In this document: piece after piece, positions 49,333 through 62,238 of the stretch
How the letters are laid out: every line of letters begins with the position of its first letter
Numbering within the stretch: the stretch's first letter is position 1
DNA from: Octopus sinensis
Taxonomy: Eukaryota
DNA: 64,000 nucleotides
Direction: 5' to 3'
Assembly (NCBI RefSeq): GCF_006345805.1
Contig: NC_043020.1
Location: forward strand, 11,532,001-11,596,000
The notes under the pieces: model-generated
Databases searched by the model: none
Told to the model about the DNA's origin: nothing
Seen by the model: the letters and a program-made list of their open reading frames with translations, nothing else
Program-made: the position numbers and the translations under genes

Positions 49333-49755
49333 AGAAGGTAGCTTTTCAACCACATGGTTCTGGATTCAGTCCCACTGTGTGGTACCCTGGGCAAGTGTCT
49401 TCTACTATAGCCCTGGGCCAACCAAAGTCTTGCAAGTGGATTTGGTAGACAGAAACTGAAAGAAGCCCGTTGTGTGTGTATGTGTGTGTGTGTGAATGTG
49501 TGTGTGTGTGAGTGTGTGTGTATGTGTGTGTGTGTGAGTGTGTGTGTATGTGTGTGTGTGTGAGTGTGTGTGTATGTGTGTGTGTATCCATCACTGCTTG
49601 ATAACTAGTGTCGGTATGTTTATGCCCCAATAACTTAGCAGCTCAGCAAAAGAGACTGATAGAATAAGTACTAGGCTTAAAAAATACGTCCTTGAATCAA
49701 TTTTTTCGACTAAAATCCTTCAAAATAGTGCTCCAGCATGGCCACAGTCAAAATG
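49330..49755 (+). mobile_element. SINE family A lacking its first bases
   Basis: Core, microsatellite and tail present. Confidence 0.85.
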
Positions 49756-49962
49756 ACATAACTTGTCTGAAGATCCTGTGGAACACAAGCAAAACTCCTG
49801 CACAGCACGAAACTGGCTCAACCGAAAGAAAAGTGTTACAGAGTGCAAAATAGCACATGTATTCGTCTGTGTTCATTAATTAATTTATATCTTTGAAGTT
49901 CTAGATTTGTACTTCCTTCAGTTAGTATTACTTTCCATGTTATGCATCGGTAGTTCAGTAAA

Positions 49963-50151
49963 TTTTACTCTTTTACTCTTTTACTTGCTTCAGTCATTTG
50001 ACTGCGGCCATGCTGGAGCACCGCCTTTAGTCGAGCAATTCTTTGAAAGCCCAGTACTTATTCTATCGGTCTCTTTTGCCGAACCGCTAAGTGACAGGGA
50101 CATAAACACACCAGCATCGGTTGTCAAGCGATGTTGGGGGGCCAAACACAA

Positions 50152-50184
<33 letters not shown>

Positions 50185-50355
50185 CATATATATGACAGGC
50201 TTCTTTCAGTTTCCGTCTACCAAATCCACTCACAAGGCATTGGTTGGCCCGGAGCTATAGCAGAAGACACTTGCCCAAGATGCCACGCAGTGGGACTGAA
50301 CCCGGAACCATGTAGTTCGTTAGCAAGCTACTTACCACACAGCCACTCCTGCGCC
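49963..50355 (-). mobile_element. SINE family A
   Basis: Full length with a small internal deletion. Confidence 0.9.
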
Positions 50356-50893
50356 TATACTCAATACATTTAGTTTGCTAATTCTATTTTGTTCTATAGT
50401 TTTCTATATAACAATGTCCCTTCTGAAGAATAATGGCAAATTTTGTTGGGGAAAGTAATTTCTTTTTTTATAGGTACTACTTTATAATTCCTAGCTTTAT
50501 ATAGCTTTAGGCTTCTTACTAACTTGCTTACCTTTAATGTTGTTATTTATAGTAATAAGCAGGTGTAAATGTAATGAACATATTACACTAATGTTTCACT
50601 CCTGTTGCTAGCCTACAGATTCCCAAGCAGCGTTTGTTTTTTAATGCTGGAATGAATAGTATTGCCCAGGTGTCGAAACCATAGTAACACCCATTAGGCA
50701 GCTGATGATGGGAATATATATTTGATATGCTTGCATTATGTGAATCTTTTATATCCTAGAGCAATGTTTCCCAACTATTTTACCTTTGCGTAACCCTTAA
50801 AATAAATTACATGTCTCAAAGAACCCCTGCACAAAACAGATTTATATACCATATCTTTCTCGTATTTTTTCATCATAGTTCACATGGTAAATA

Positions 50894-50965
<72 letters not shown>

Positions 50966-51199
50966 TTACTTGGAAATGGATGCATGGCTTTCAATCAAAT
51001 AATAATATAAATAATATATATATATATGCCTATATACATACATATATGTACATACTTACATCTATATGTATATATACAAGCATATATGGGTACAGGACGT
51101 CAAAAAAACGTTGAACACGATGAGAAACGAAAACATAAAAAAAAAAACATGGAAACAAACATTTTTTCAAACGACAAGTTTGAGCTTAAATATCACAAA

Positions 51200-51434
51200 T
51201 TTTTTTGCAAAACTGAAGGCAATTTCTCTGCTCAGTGCATTCAATGCAAACGAAAGTGTGCACTACAAATCTGTACTCTAGGTGTAACAGCCAGGAACTG
51301 GTGTGGCCTACCAGGGCAAGACTTTTCACACATGCACAGGATAGATGGCGTCATGTTCCACTCAATGGATTTTGCCATGTGGCATTAGTTTAAGCAGGAA
51401 AAAATAAAGTCGGATACGTTTTAGATGCACCCCT
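51200..51434 (-). mobile_element. Mariner 5' end relic
   Basis: TA|AGGGGTGCATCTAAAACGTATCCGAC TIR-like start and EQRNCLQFCKK. Confidence 0.55.
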
Positions 51435-51464
51435 TATATATTTGTTTCATCAGCAAAAGTTACA

Positions 51465-52078
51465 AAGGTTATGGTCTCGGCAAGTGCAAGTGAGACCATA
51501 ACCTTGCGGCCTATGCCAGGGGTGTAACCAGTTCACTTATGCATGCCTTTCCTTCATTTGACACTAAACTCTGCTTGCGAAGACTTGTTGAGGCAAGTGT
51601 AATCGAAATCAAATTTGATGACTGGCATCCGTGCTAGTGGAGCGCTAAGAGTACCACAAGATTGAGATCGTTGCCAGAGCAACAAGCTAGCCTCTGTGCC
51701 GATGGCACATTAAAAACACCATTCAAACATGATCGTTACCTGTGTCACCTTACTGGCACTTGTGCTGGTGGCATGTGAAAAAAAACATTCGAGGAAGGTC
51801 GTTGCTAGTGCCGCTGGACTGGCTCCTGTGCAGGTGGCACATAAAAAGCACCATTTGAGCATGGCCGTTGCCAGTACTGCCTGACTGGCCCTCGTGCCAG
51901 TGGCACGTAAAAGCACCCACTACACTCTCGGAGTGGTTGGCGTTAGGAAGGGGATCCAGCTGTAGAAACTCTTCCAGATCAGATTGGAGTCTGGTGCAGC
52001 CATCTGGTTCGCCAGACCTCAGTCAAATCGTCCAACCCATGCTAGCATGGAAAGCAGACATTATACGATGATGATGAT
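51465..52078 (+). mobile_element. RTE 3' UTR, near complete
   Basis: Collinear with the UTR part of 41305-42230. Confidence 0.9.
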
Positions 52079-52180
52079 ATGCACTCCATGGGGAGACATT
52101 AAACTTAGTTGGAAACAGGGACAGGTTGATGATGGTGGGAAGGTCCCCAGCTATAGAAAATCTACTTCAAAGAAGTGAGT

Positions 52181-52568
52181 GGAGGCGCAATGGCCCATTG
52201 GTTAGGGCAGCGGACTCGCGGTCGTAGGATCGCAGTTTCGATTCCCAGACCGGGCGTTGTGAGTGTTTATTGAGCAAAAACACCTAAAAGCTCCACGAGA
52301 CTCCGGCAGGGGGGGGGGTGACCCCTGTTGTACTCTTTCACCACAACTTTCTCTCACTCTTACTTCCTGTTTCTGTTGTGCCTGTATTTCAAAGGGCCGG
52401 CCTTATCACTCTCTGTGTCACGCTGAATATCCCCGAGAACTACGTTAAGGGTACACGTGTCTGTGGAGTACTCAGCCACTTACACGTTAATTTCACGAGC
52501 AGGCTGTTCCGTTGATTCGGATCAACCGGAACCCTCGTCGTCGTAACCGACGGAGTGCTTCCATTCCA
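52181..52568 (+). mobile_element. SINE family C, full length
   Basis: 11-bp TSD ttcaaagaagt. Confidence 0.9.
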
Positions 52569-53150
52569 TTCAAAGAAGTTCATATTACCCATGGAAACAT
52601 GGTAAAGAGAACATTAGACAAAAATAATACTAAAATATTAGACAGCTCTTGTATGTGTTTCCTGTAATTCCAGAAGATGCCTGAAGCGAATTCTGTACTG
52701 TAGAGCGAGGAAAGTTCCGATCAGGTCAGGACCAAAGAATTAGCTTCAAACAAGTCAAAGAAGCAAATCTTGGAACAATAGTCAGGAAATTAGTAGCTTC
52801 CCATAGAAAATAGTCGGTGGGGTTTTTTTTAGGGGGTGGGGAGCAAGAGGAAGTCATTTTTTTTTTGGTTCTCTTTCACATATTTGTTTGAAATCTGAAA
52901 TCAGGAATTAATCTTCATTGACCTGTTGAGTTGGCAACGGAGAAAGGAAAATGTGCCATAAACGGACTCTTGCACTGCCAATATATTAATTTCTTCATTT
53001 AAGTTGACCTAGAAATTCCTCTGAGAAAAATAAAATTGTTCAGGCAATTATCATCATCATCATCATCATAATTCCTATCATCATCATCATCATCAATACT
53101 ACCATGACCATCATCCCCATCATAATGCCCAATCATCATCATCATCATCA

Positions 53151-53191
<41 letters not shown>

Positions 53192-53771
53192 AATTGATTC
53201 CTTCCATTGGCACACTGCCTTGGGTTTAACAGGGAAGTGGAGAGTGTAATAACAGTCACAATTTGAACTGCATGAAATTAACAGATACCTGAAATATGGC
53301 AGCCTTCCTTGCCCGCCCACCCACCCTCAACCCACCATTAAGATTCAAACCTAATGAACCCCCTCCTTCTCCTCCTCCTCTTCTCCCTTCCATCCAAAAC
53401 TTTATCTCTGCCATTTTAATTTAAAAGAAAAGCAAATTGAAGATCTTATAACAAAACTTGCTGATGAGATGGTCTCATTTCAAAATTGTGATTGCTTGGC
53501 AGTTGATTTGATGGGAGATTCTCTGTTGAAATGGAAGACAGAAACCATGGTAATCCTTTGACCCTTTTGTTACTCTCACCTACTTGGCTGTGGCCATGCT
53601 GGGGCACCCCCCTTTTAGTCGAGCAAATTGACCCCGGATTTATTCTTTGTAAGCCTAGTACCTTATTCTATCGGTCCCTTTTGCTGAACTGCTAAGTTAC
53701 GGGGACGTAAACACATCAGCATCAGTTGTCAAGTGATGTTGGGGGGAAGAAACATTGACACACAAACATAC

Positions 53772-53816
<45 letters not shown>

Positions 53817-53890
53817 GCGTGTCAAGTGATGTTGGGGGGAAGAAACATTGACACACAAACATATACACACACACATACATATATATATAA

Positions 53891-54150
53891 TGTGTCTCCA
53901 TCTTTCCTTTAACTTGAAAATACCCTCTTCCCAGAATTGAGGTGGTTTCATGGCAAAAAATTCATCAAGATATCCTTTTACGTCATCCAAGGAATTGAAA
54001 TTTTTACCATTAAGACTATTCTGCAGAGACTGAATAAGGGAAATCCGAAGGAGCAATATCTGGTGAATATAGAGGGTGGGGTGGGGGGGGTAACACATCC
54101 CAGCCGAGGCTAGCTTGCAGCAATTTTTGTCTGGTTCCCAAAGCATCAAG
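53891..54150 (-). mobile_element. Degenerate mariner transposase C-terminal fragment
   Basis: YSPDIAPSD (frameshifted), then SLQNSLNGKNFNSLDDVKGYLDEFFAMKPPQFWEEGIFKLKERW. Confidence 0.85.
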
Positions 54151-54513
54151 TGCTGAAAATGAACTTTATCTTCTATTTTAAAGGGTTACAGAATTAACAC
54201 AGGTTATAGGAACATAAACCTTCTTCCATGAAAAGATAGCTTAAACTGTTCTCTAAATGGAGGTGTAGTCAAATCCTATTTTATGGACTCAACCATGTTC
54301 TAAAATAAGTCGAAAAGTAAGCTACTATAAATCGGCACGAACTTTCTGGACAACTTTTGGTAGATTCATATAAATAGATTCAACAAACCTTTTGAATTCA
54401 AAGAATTTATGATTTTCTTCCTTTCAAATCAAGGGGGTAACATCAGCATAAATAAACATATTTTCGGGTAATTGGTTAAACAAGTTCTCCGGCAAGGGAA
54501 ATGGATGTTAGAT

Positions 54514-54731
54514 ACTCTTTTACTCTTTTATTTGTTTCAGTCATTTGACTGCGGCCATTCTAGAGCACCATCTTTAGTCGAGCAAATCGACCCCAAGACC
54601 TATTCTTTGTAAGCCTAGTACTTATTCTATTGGTCTCTTTTGCCGAACCGCTAAGTGACAGGGACATAAACACACCAGCATCGGTTGTCAAGCAATGCTA
54701 GGGGGACAAAACCGACACACAAACACACACG

Positions 54732-54783
<52 letters not shown>

Positions 54784-54967
54784 GTGTATATACATACATA
54801 TATACGATGGGCTTCTTTCAGTTTCCGTCTACCAAATCCACTCACAAGGCTTTGGTCGGCACGAGGCTACAGTAGAAGACACTTGCCCAAGGTGCCACGC
54901 AGTGGGACTGAACCCGGAACCATGTGGTTGGTAAGCAAGCTACTCACCACACAGTCACTCCTGGGCC
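54514..54967 (-). mobile_element. SINE family A
   Basis: Full length in reverse. Confidence 0.9.
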
Positions 54968-54996
54968 TATGATGATGATGATGATGAATGAATAAC

Positions 54997-55344
54997 TTAG
55001 TAAAATAACTTTGTCATTCTTAACAATTTCCTTACCATATTCCTGCTGAAATACACCGTCTCTATTTCAATTAATTTTGAAAATGAAGAATTTAGTAAAA
55101 TAAACAACTTTGGCATTATTAACTATTTTCTTACCACATTTGAATTGAAATATACTGGCTTTGTTTTAATTAATTTACAAAGTAATGAAGAATTTAGTAA
55201 AATAACTGTCGTTATTAAAATGGTGTTTGGAACATAAATAAATATAATTTTGATGGAAGATTTTAATTTAAATCACTTTAGACGGGAAGTTTGTATCGTA
55301 GAACTACAGATAGGTGCCGGCTGGACTGGTATTAAAAGGTTTAA
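54997..55344. mobile_element. P2-related MITE remnant with an internal ~95-100-bp triplication
   Basis: ttagtaaaata recurs at 54997, 55092 and 55194; the distal part resembles the reverse complement of 3687-3908. Confidence 0.6.
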
Positions 55345-55467
55345 AACATAATCTTCATGTTTATGTATTGGTTTTGCAAGATTCCTGATGTGAAACCATG
55401 TGTTGAAACAGATATAATGTTATATTTCAGGATAGTCCTTTTTTTTTTTTTTTTACCTTGCCAAATA

Positions 55468-55635
55468 GGTGCGGGAGTGGCTGTGTGGTAAGTAGTTTGC
55501 TTACCAACCATGTGGTTCCGGGTTCGGTCCCACTGTGTAGCACCTTGGGCAAGTGTCTTCTACTATAGCCTCGGGCCGACCAAAGCCTTGTGAGCGGATT
55601 TGGTAGACGGAAACTGAAAGAAGCCCATCGTATAT
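55468..55635 (+). mobile_element. SINE family A, 5' half
   Basis: Ends at the TA repeat. Confidence 0.85.
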
Positions 55636-55654
55636 ATATATATGTATATATATG

Positions 55655-55685
<31 letters not shown>

Positions 55686-55874
55686 CTCATATGAATAAAT
55701 AAATAAATGGAGTTGAACGAAGATGTTAATAAAATTCCTTTACTTTCGACATATGTTTCGAAGACAGCATGGTTTTATTCCAAAAGAATAAACGGTGTAA
55801 GATGCAATCTTCTCATCAGGAAAGAAATTTTCCATGTTAACAGTAAACATAGGATAATTCATTCACCCATCGAA

Positions 55875-56109
55875 ATCATCATCATCATCGTCGTCGTCGT
55901 CGTCGTTTAGCGTCCGCTTTCCATGCTAGCATGGGTTGGACGGTTCAACTGGGGTCTGGGAAGCCAGAAGGCTGCACCAGACCCAGTCTGATCTGGCAGT
56001 GTTTCTACAGCTGGATGCCCTTCCTAACGCCAACCACTCCGCGAGTGTAGTGGGTGCTTTTTACGTGCCACCCGCACAGGTGCCAGACGGAGCTGGCAAA
56101 TGGCCACAT
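55875..56109 (-). mobile_element. RTE 3' UTR fragment
   Basis: (GAT/GAC)n tail and terminal UTR. Confidence 0.85.
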
Positions 56110-57224
56110 AAAACTTAGATATGTTTCAACCAAATATATATATTATGTACACACAAGCAGTCCAACAATGCTCGGTCGATGTTGACTGTTTTTAGTTAAA
56201 GATAAAGCTTTAAACCTGCTCAGAGTTACCTCTCTTTGGTATTTCCCATTGAGGAAGGCTAAAGAGCCAGAAATACTGCATCAAGGAATCCGATAGGGAA
56301 CACGAGGTAGATATGGTGTTTTCACACCTTTTACCATAAAAGAGAATTATTTTTCTCTGTGATAAATGCAGCGAATTTGCGTTTAGAAGTTGAAATATAT
56401 CACAAACACATTTTAACTAACTTAAAGTTCACATATATATATATACACATACACATATGCATTATTCTGTATACATACAGTATATATACAAATACATGAT
56501 TAAATGGGAAGGTATAAATAACAAGAGGACAGAGAGAAAGAGAGAGACAGAGAGAGAAATAATGCTTTATATTATTTGAATAAATTTTTTTCAAAACTTT
56601 GTTCACGTAGCAAACCCTCCCCTCACCCACCTCTACCCACACCTCACACAAATCATTTCTGCCATGTGTCTTATTTTAACTCCTGAAGCAACAAGAAAAT
56701 TTTAAAACACAAAAAAAGAAGAAAAATAGAGAAAGAAAGAAACCATTTCTATTGATGGTTCTTTACAAACCATTTTCAAAAGAAATTTTCTTTATTTCTA
56801 TTTATATTTCCATCTCTCTCTCTCTTAATATTTCTATATATTTCACCATTGATTTGGATTTTTTTTGTAATATATCTGTATCTTAATCTACTGATCGCTA
56901 TCTAATCATCTGTCTGTATAAAGGGCTGTGCATTGCATACCTGCATATTATGTATGTGTGTGTGGTGTGTGTGTGTGTATGTACATGTGTATGCGTGTGT
57001 ATACATACATACACATGTACTGGTGTGTATGCACATATGCAAATGCTTGTGTGTGTGTATGTGTGTATTTATTTTGCTTTCAGCATATATCTATCTACCT
57101 AGCCATCTAACTCTTACTCTTAACGCTCTCTCTCTCCTTCTCTCCTCTCTCTCACACACACACACAAACCCATCAATCTATGTATCACTTCTTAGCTATC
57201 TATTTATCTATCTACCTACCTACC

Positions 57225-57450
57225 TATTTTTTACTACCCACAATGGGCTAAACACAGAGGGGACAAACAAGGACAGACAAACGGATTAAGTCGATTATAT
57301 CGACCCCAGTGTGTAACTGGTACTTAATTTATCGACCCCGAAAGGATGAAAGGCAAAGTCAACCTCGGCGGAATTTGAACTCAGAACGTAACGGCAGACG
57401 AAATACGGCTACGCATTTCGCCCGGCGTGCTAACGTTTCTGCCAGCTCGC
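57225..57450 (-). mobile_element. SINE family B
   Basis: Full length in reverse. Confidence 0.9.
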
Positions 57451-57524
57451 AGTTTTTTAACATATACCTTTTTTCCTTTTCCCCATTGGAAGATATTACA
57501 CACACACACACGCACGCACGCACA

Positions 57525-57562
<38 letters not shown>

Positions 57563-57993
57563 ACATACACACACACACCACACACACACACACACGATGC
57601 ACAGTCTTTCTCCACATTCCTCGGCATAAATCACAAACACGAAACAACATTTGATATCTATCTGAATCGCTAATGATTTCTGACAGTGCAGGCTCACAAG
57701 TGATAAATAAAATAATAGTTGGAAAAATCTTCAATGACTAAATGAAGTTGATTTAACTTCGATACAATATTAAAATATTTTGTATTGAATTCACTTCAGA
57801 TCAAATCCTTTGAAGTATTTTCAATAAAAAATTAATTAATCCTATTAAATATGCCTATATCAGCTATAGTGAATGTATGTTATATCAGTGCATTAAATAA
57901 ATTTTAATGCATTCCATTTGAAAAACCATAAATTTTGATGGAATGGGTATTCTAGTATATAACTAAATCTATTTAAATATCTATATATATATA

Positions 57994-58440
57994 GAGGCTG
58001 GCATACAGCCACACTCAGATGGTGTTTTTTATGTGCCACCGACACAGGTGCCAGACGAGGCTGGCAGACGGCCACGCTCGGATGGTGTTTTTTATGTGCC
58101 ACCGACACAGGTGCCAGACGAGGCTGGCAGACGGCCACGCTCGGATGGTGTTTTTTATGTGCCACCGACACAGGTGCCAGACGAGGCTGGCAGACGGCCA
58201 CGCTCGGATGGTGTTTTTTATGTGCCACCGACACAGGTACCAGACGAGGCTGGCGAACGGCCACGATCAGATGGTGTTTGTTACGTGCCCACAGCACGGA
58301 GGCATTAGGAAGGGCATCCAGCTGTAGAAACACTGCCAGATCTGACTGGCCTGGTGCAGCCTTCGGGCTCGCCAGACCCCAGTTGAACCGTCCAACCCAT
58401 GCTAGCATGGAAAGCGGACGTTAAACGATGATGATGATGA
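57994..58440 (+). mobile_element. RTE 3' UTR insertion with an inverted 5' segment
   Basis: 57994-58300 is antisense UTR repeats (four 63-bp units); 58301-58440 is the sense terminus with (GAT)n. Confidence 0.8.
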
Positions 58441-58461
58441 TATATATATATATATACATAT

Positions 58462-58663
58462 ACTCTTTTACTCGTTTCAGTCATTTGACTGAAGCACTGC
58501 CTTTTTTTAGTCAAGCAAATCGACCCCAGGGCTTATTCTTTGTAAGCCTAGTACTTATTCTATTGGTCTCTTTTGCTGAACCACTAAGTTACGGGGACAT
58601 AAGCACACCAGCATCGGTTGTCAAGCGATATTGGGGGAGACAAATAGACACACAAACATATAA

Positions 58664-58694
<31 letters not shown>

Positions 58695-58868
58695 ATATAT
58701 ATATACAACAAGCTTCTTTCAGTTTCCCCTCTACCAAATCCACTCACAAGGCTTTGGTCGGCCCAAGGCTATAGTAGAAGACGCTTGCCCAAGTGCCTCG
58801 CAGTGTGACTGAACCCGGAACCATGTGGTTCATAAGCAAGCTACATACCACACAGCCACTCCTACGCC
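58462..58868 (-). mobile_element. SINE family A
   Basis: Full length in reverse. Confidence 0.9.
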
Positions 58869-59039
58869 TACATATAAACACATGCATATTAGAGTGAGTG
58901 TGTGTAGGTAGGTAGGTAGGTAGGTAGACAGATAGATATGTACAGATATGTGTATATGTAACATATATATACATATACATATATACATGCACTGACATAT
59001 CAGACTATCAGGTTTCTTGCCTATCCATATCCATAAGAT

Positions 59040-59470
59040 ATGTGTTTGTGTGTGTGAGAGAGAGAGAGAGAGTGTGTGTGTGTGTGAGAGAGAGAGAGAG
59101 AAAGTGTGTGTGTGTGTGTGTGTGTACGTGTGTGTGTACGTGTGTGTGTACGTGTGTGTGTGTACGTGTGTGTACATGTGTGTGTACGTGTGTGTGCGTG
59201 TGTGTGTGTGTGTGTGTACGTGTGTGTGTGTGTACGTGTGTGTGTGTACATGTGTGTGTGTGTGTACATGCGCATGTGTGTGTGTGTACATGCGCGTGTG
59301 TGTGTGTGTACGCGTGTGTGTACGTGTGTGTGTATGTGTGTGTGTGTGTACGTGTGTGTGTGTACGTGTGTGTGTGTGCGTGTGTGTGTGTGCGTGTGTG
59401 TGTGTACGTGTCTGTTTATGTGTGTGTGTGTGTGTGTGTGCGTGTGCGTGTGCGCGTGTGTGTGTGTACA
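59040..59470. repeat. (TG)n/(AG)n complex microsatellite
   Basis: Direct reading of the sequence. Confidence 0.95.
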
Positions 59471-59578
59471 CATGCCTGTTTATTTACTTATGTATCATTG
59501 TCTGCTTGCTCTGTCATTGTCCAACACATCTGCCGAAGCTAACACGATTTATATTATCCCACATAAAAGATCTCTTAC

Positions 59579-59670
59579 ATAAATGGAGTCAGAAATGTGA
59601 TTAAACAAGCAACTATGGTTCTCTTCTTCTCTTCACCAAAAGGGAATTCACAGTCGTAAACGCATCCACG
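59579..59670 (-). CDS. Possible upstream exon (unassigned, possibly the same gene)
   Basis: Acceptor gttgttgttgttcag and donor gtaaga bound an open frame [30 protein letters not shown]. Resemblance to PGAP1 FPLENHRKIYTHVYCQST is weak, and an open frame also exists on the + strand here. Confidence 0.25.
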
Positions 59671-59756
59671 CTGAACAACAACAACAGCAGGATCAAAGAT
59701 TTCATTAGTTTTTCTCAAAAACACTTGACTTCTTATTATTGGATTTTCCATCTTAC

Positions 59757-59791
59757 TTTCCTGATACAAGCTGAATCTGTTGTCGATGGTG
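59757..59791 (-). CDS. Possible 35-nt microexon
   Basis: ttttccccatctgcag acceptor and gtaaga donor; joins 59670-59579 in frame across an 86-nt intron. No homology recognised. Confidence 0.2.
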
Positions 59792-59949
59792 CTGCAGATG
59801 GGGAAAAACTCTCTCTTTCTCTCTATTATTCATCTCATCTCTAGTACTGTATATACACCATAGTGTTTCACATAAAACATACTTTAGTTTTCTGGTATTT
59901 GATCTCTTTCTTTCTCCCTCTCTCTCTCTCCTCATATTCTCTCTTTTTT

Positions 59950-60358
59950 CTCTTTTACTCTTGACTTGTTTCAGTCATTTGACTGCGGCCATGCTGGGGC
60001 ACCGCCTTTTAGTCGAGCAAATCGACCCCGGGACTTATTCTTGTAAGCCCAGTACTTATTCTATCGGTCCTCTTTGCCGAACCGCTAAGTGACGGGGACG
60101 TAACACACCCAGCATCGGTTGTCAAGCAATGCTAGGGGGACAAAGACACACAAACACAACACACACACACACACATATATATATTATATATACATATATA
60201 CGACAGGCTTCTTTCAGTTTCCATCTACCAAATCCACTCACAAGGCATTGGTCGGCCCGGGGCTATAGCAGAAGACACTTGCCCAAGATGCCACGCAGTG
60301 GGACTGAACCCGGAACCATGTGGTTGGTTAGCAAGCTACTTACCACACAGCCACTCCT
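59950..60358 (-). mobile_element. SINE family A, followed by another A 3' half (60361-60575)
   Basis: Full length in reverse. Confidence 0.9.
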
Positions 60359-60584
60359 AATTCTCTTACTTGTTTTAGTCATTTGACTGCGGCCACGCTG
60401 GAGCACTGACTTTAGTCGAGCAAATCAACCCCAGGACTTATTCTTTGTAAGCCTAGTACTTATTCTCATGGTCTCTTATGCTGAACTGCTAAGTTACGGG
60501 GACAGAAGACATAAGCACACCAGCATCAGTTGTCAAGCGATGTGGGAGGGATGAGCACAGGCACAAACATATACAAAAACAGAC

Positions 60585-60628
<44 letters not shown>

Positions 60629-60629
<1 letters not shown>

Positions 60630-60975
60630 GAGGCACAATGGCCTAGTAGTTAGGGCAGCGGACTCGCAGTTGCAGGATCGCGGTTTCGATTCCCAGACCA
60701 GGCATTGTGTGTATTTATTGAGCGAAAACACTTAAAAGCTCCACAAGGCTCCGGCAGGGGGTGGTGGTGACCCCTGTTGTACTCTTTCACCACTCTTTCT
60801 CCTGTTGGCCTGCTCGCTTAGAGTCACGCTGAATATCCCCGAGAACTACGTTTAGGGTGCACGTGTCTGTGGAGTGCTCAGCCACTTACACGTTAATTTC
60901 ACGAGCAGGCTGTTCCGTTGATTCGGATCAACCGGAACCCTCGTCGTTGTAACCGACGGAGTGCTTCCATCCATT
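60629..60975 (+). mobile_element. SINE family C with an internal deletion
   Basis: Head and standard tail present. Confidence 0.85.
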
Positions 60976-61281
60976 AATATGTGTGTGTGTAAATAATTAA
61001 GAGATAAAACCTATATTAAGTAATCCATTTAATCGTGAAAGATATTATCGATAATAGAGGATTTATTTAAATCTTTCTATATGATTTATTATAGATAATA
61101 TCTTTCACTATTAATTGGATTACTTAATATAGGCTTCATCTCTTAATTATTTACATATGTTATATATTGTGAAATTTGATTTAGTATTGCTAAATTGAAT
61201 TTTTCCCTGTAAGTCTGGAATTTTATATTCCCTACTATTAATTATTATGCATATATATATATATATATAATATTATATATA

Positions 61282-61803
61282 TACTCTTTTACTTCTTTCA
61301 GTCATTTGACTGCAGCCATGCTGGAGCACCGCCTTTAATCGAGCAACTCGACCCCGGGACTTATTCTTTGTAAGCCCAGTACTTATTCTATCGGTCTCTT
61401 TTGCCAAACCGCTAAGTGACGTGGACATGCACACATATATGTGTTCATGTATGTTTGTGTGTCTATTCATCCCCCTAGCATTGCTTGACAACCGATGCTG
61501 GTGTGTTTATGTCCCCCGTCACTTAGCGGTTCGGCAAAAGAGACCGATAGAATAAGTACTGGGCTTACAAAGAATAAGTCCCGGGGTCGAGTTGCTCGAT
61601 TAAAGGCGGTGCTCCAGCATAGCCGCAGTCAAATGACTGAAACAAGTAGGGCTTCTTTCAGTTTCCGTCTACCAAATCCACTCACAAGGCTTTGGTCGGC
61701 CTGAGGCTATAGCAGAAGACACTTGCCCAAGGTGCCACGCAGTGGGACTGAACCCAGAACCATGTGGTTGGTAAGCAAGCTACTTACCACACAGCCACTC
61801 CTT
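61282..61803. mobile_element. Rearranged SINE A forming a fold-back
   Basis: A(-) 3' part, then A(+) 3' half, then A(-) 5' half. Confidence 0.85.
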
Positions 61804-62010
61804 GCAAAGAGGGTGGGTGCATCATGGTAAGATTCTGTTCAATGCACTTTTCCTGCAATTGTCTGATAGTAAAAGTACACACACATATAGATAGACAAGT
61901 ATTTATGTAGCATCTGTAGTATGATATGTGAATAGATAATTTGATAAACAGGTATATAACAATCAACTCACCTATGTTTCTATCTACCAACACATTTATC
62001 TACCTATATA

Positions 62011-62238
62011 TATATTAGAAGAAAAGAGGTACTCAGAAATTCGGATGGTTTTATATTTACAAATATTTATTTGTATATTACATGTTTTTATACATCATAT
62101 AACTTAGATCATATATTAGCGCTTTCTCCCATTCTAGTGGGGTTTTCAAAGTTGATGTATAAAAACATGTAATATACACATAAATATCTGTAAATATAAA
62201 CCATCCGAATTTCTGAGTACCTCATTTCTTCTAATATA
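62011..62238. repeat. Fold-back element, ~87-bp arms, 55-nt loop
   Basis: tatattagaagaaaagaggtactcagaaattcggatgg pairs with ccatccgaatttctgagtacctcatttcttctaatata. Confidence 0.9.

Noticed and set aside
50532-50701. Possible PGAP1 exon with a strong gtaagc donor
   Set aside because: All frames from the plausible acceptors hit stops; the only open tail has a poor acceptor.
58019-58270. Regular 63-bp repeats and other repeat-spacer-like arrays as CRISPR
   Set aside because: Whole units repeat with no unique spacers, they belong to the RTE UTR, no cas genes are present, and the context is eukaryotic.
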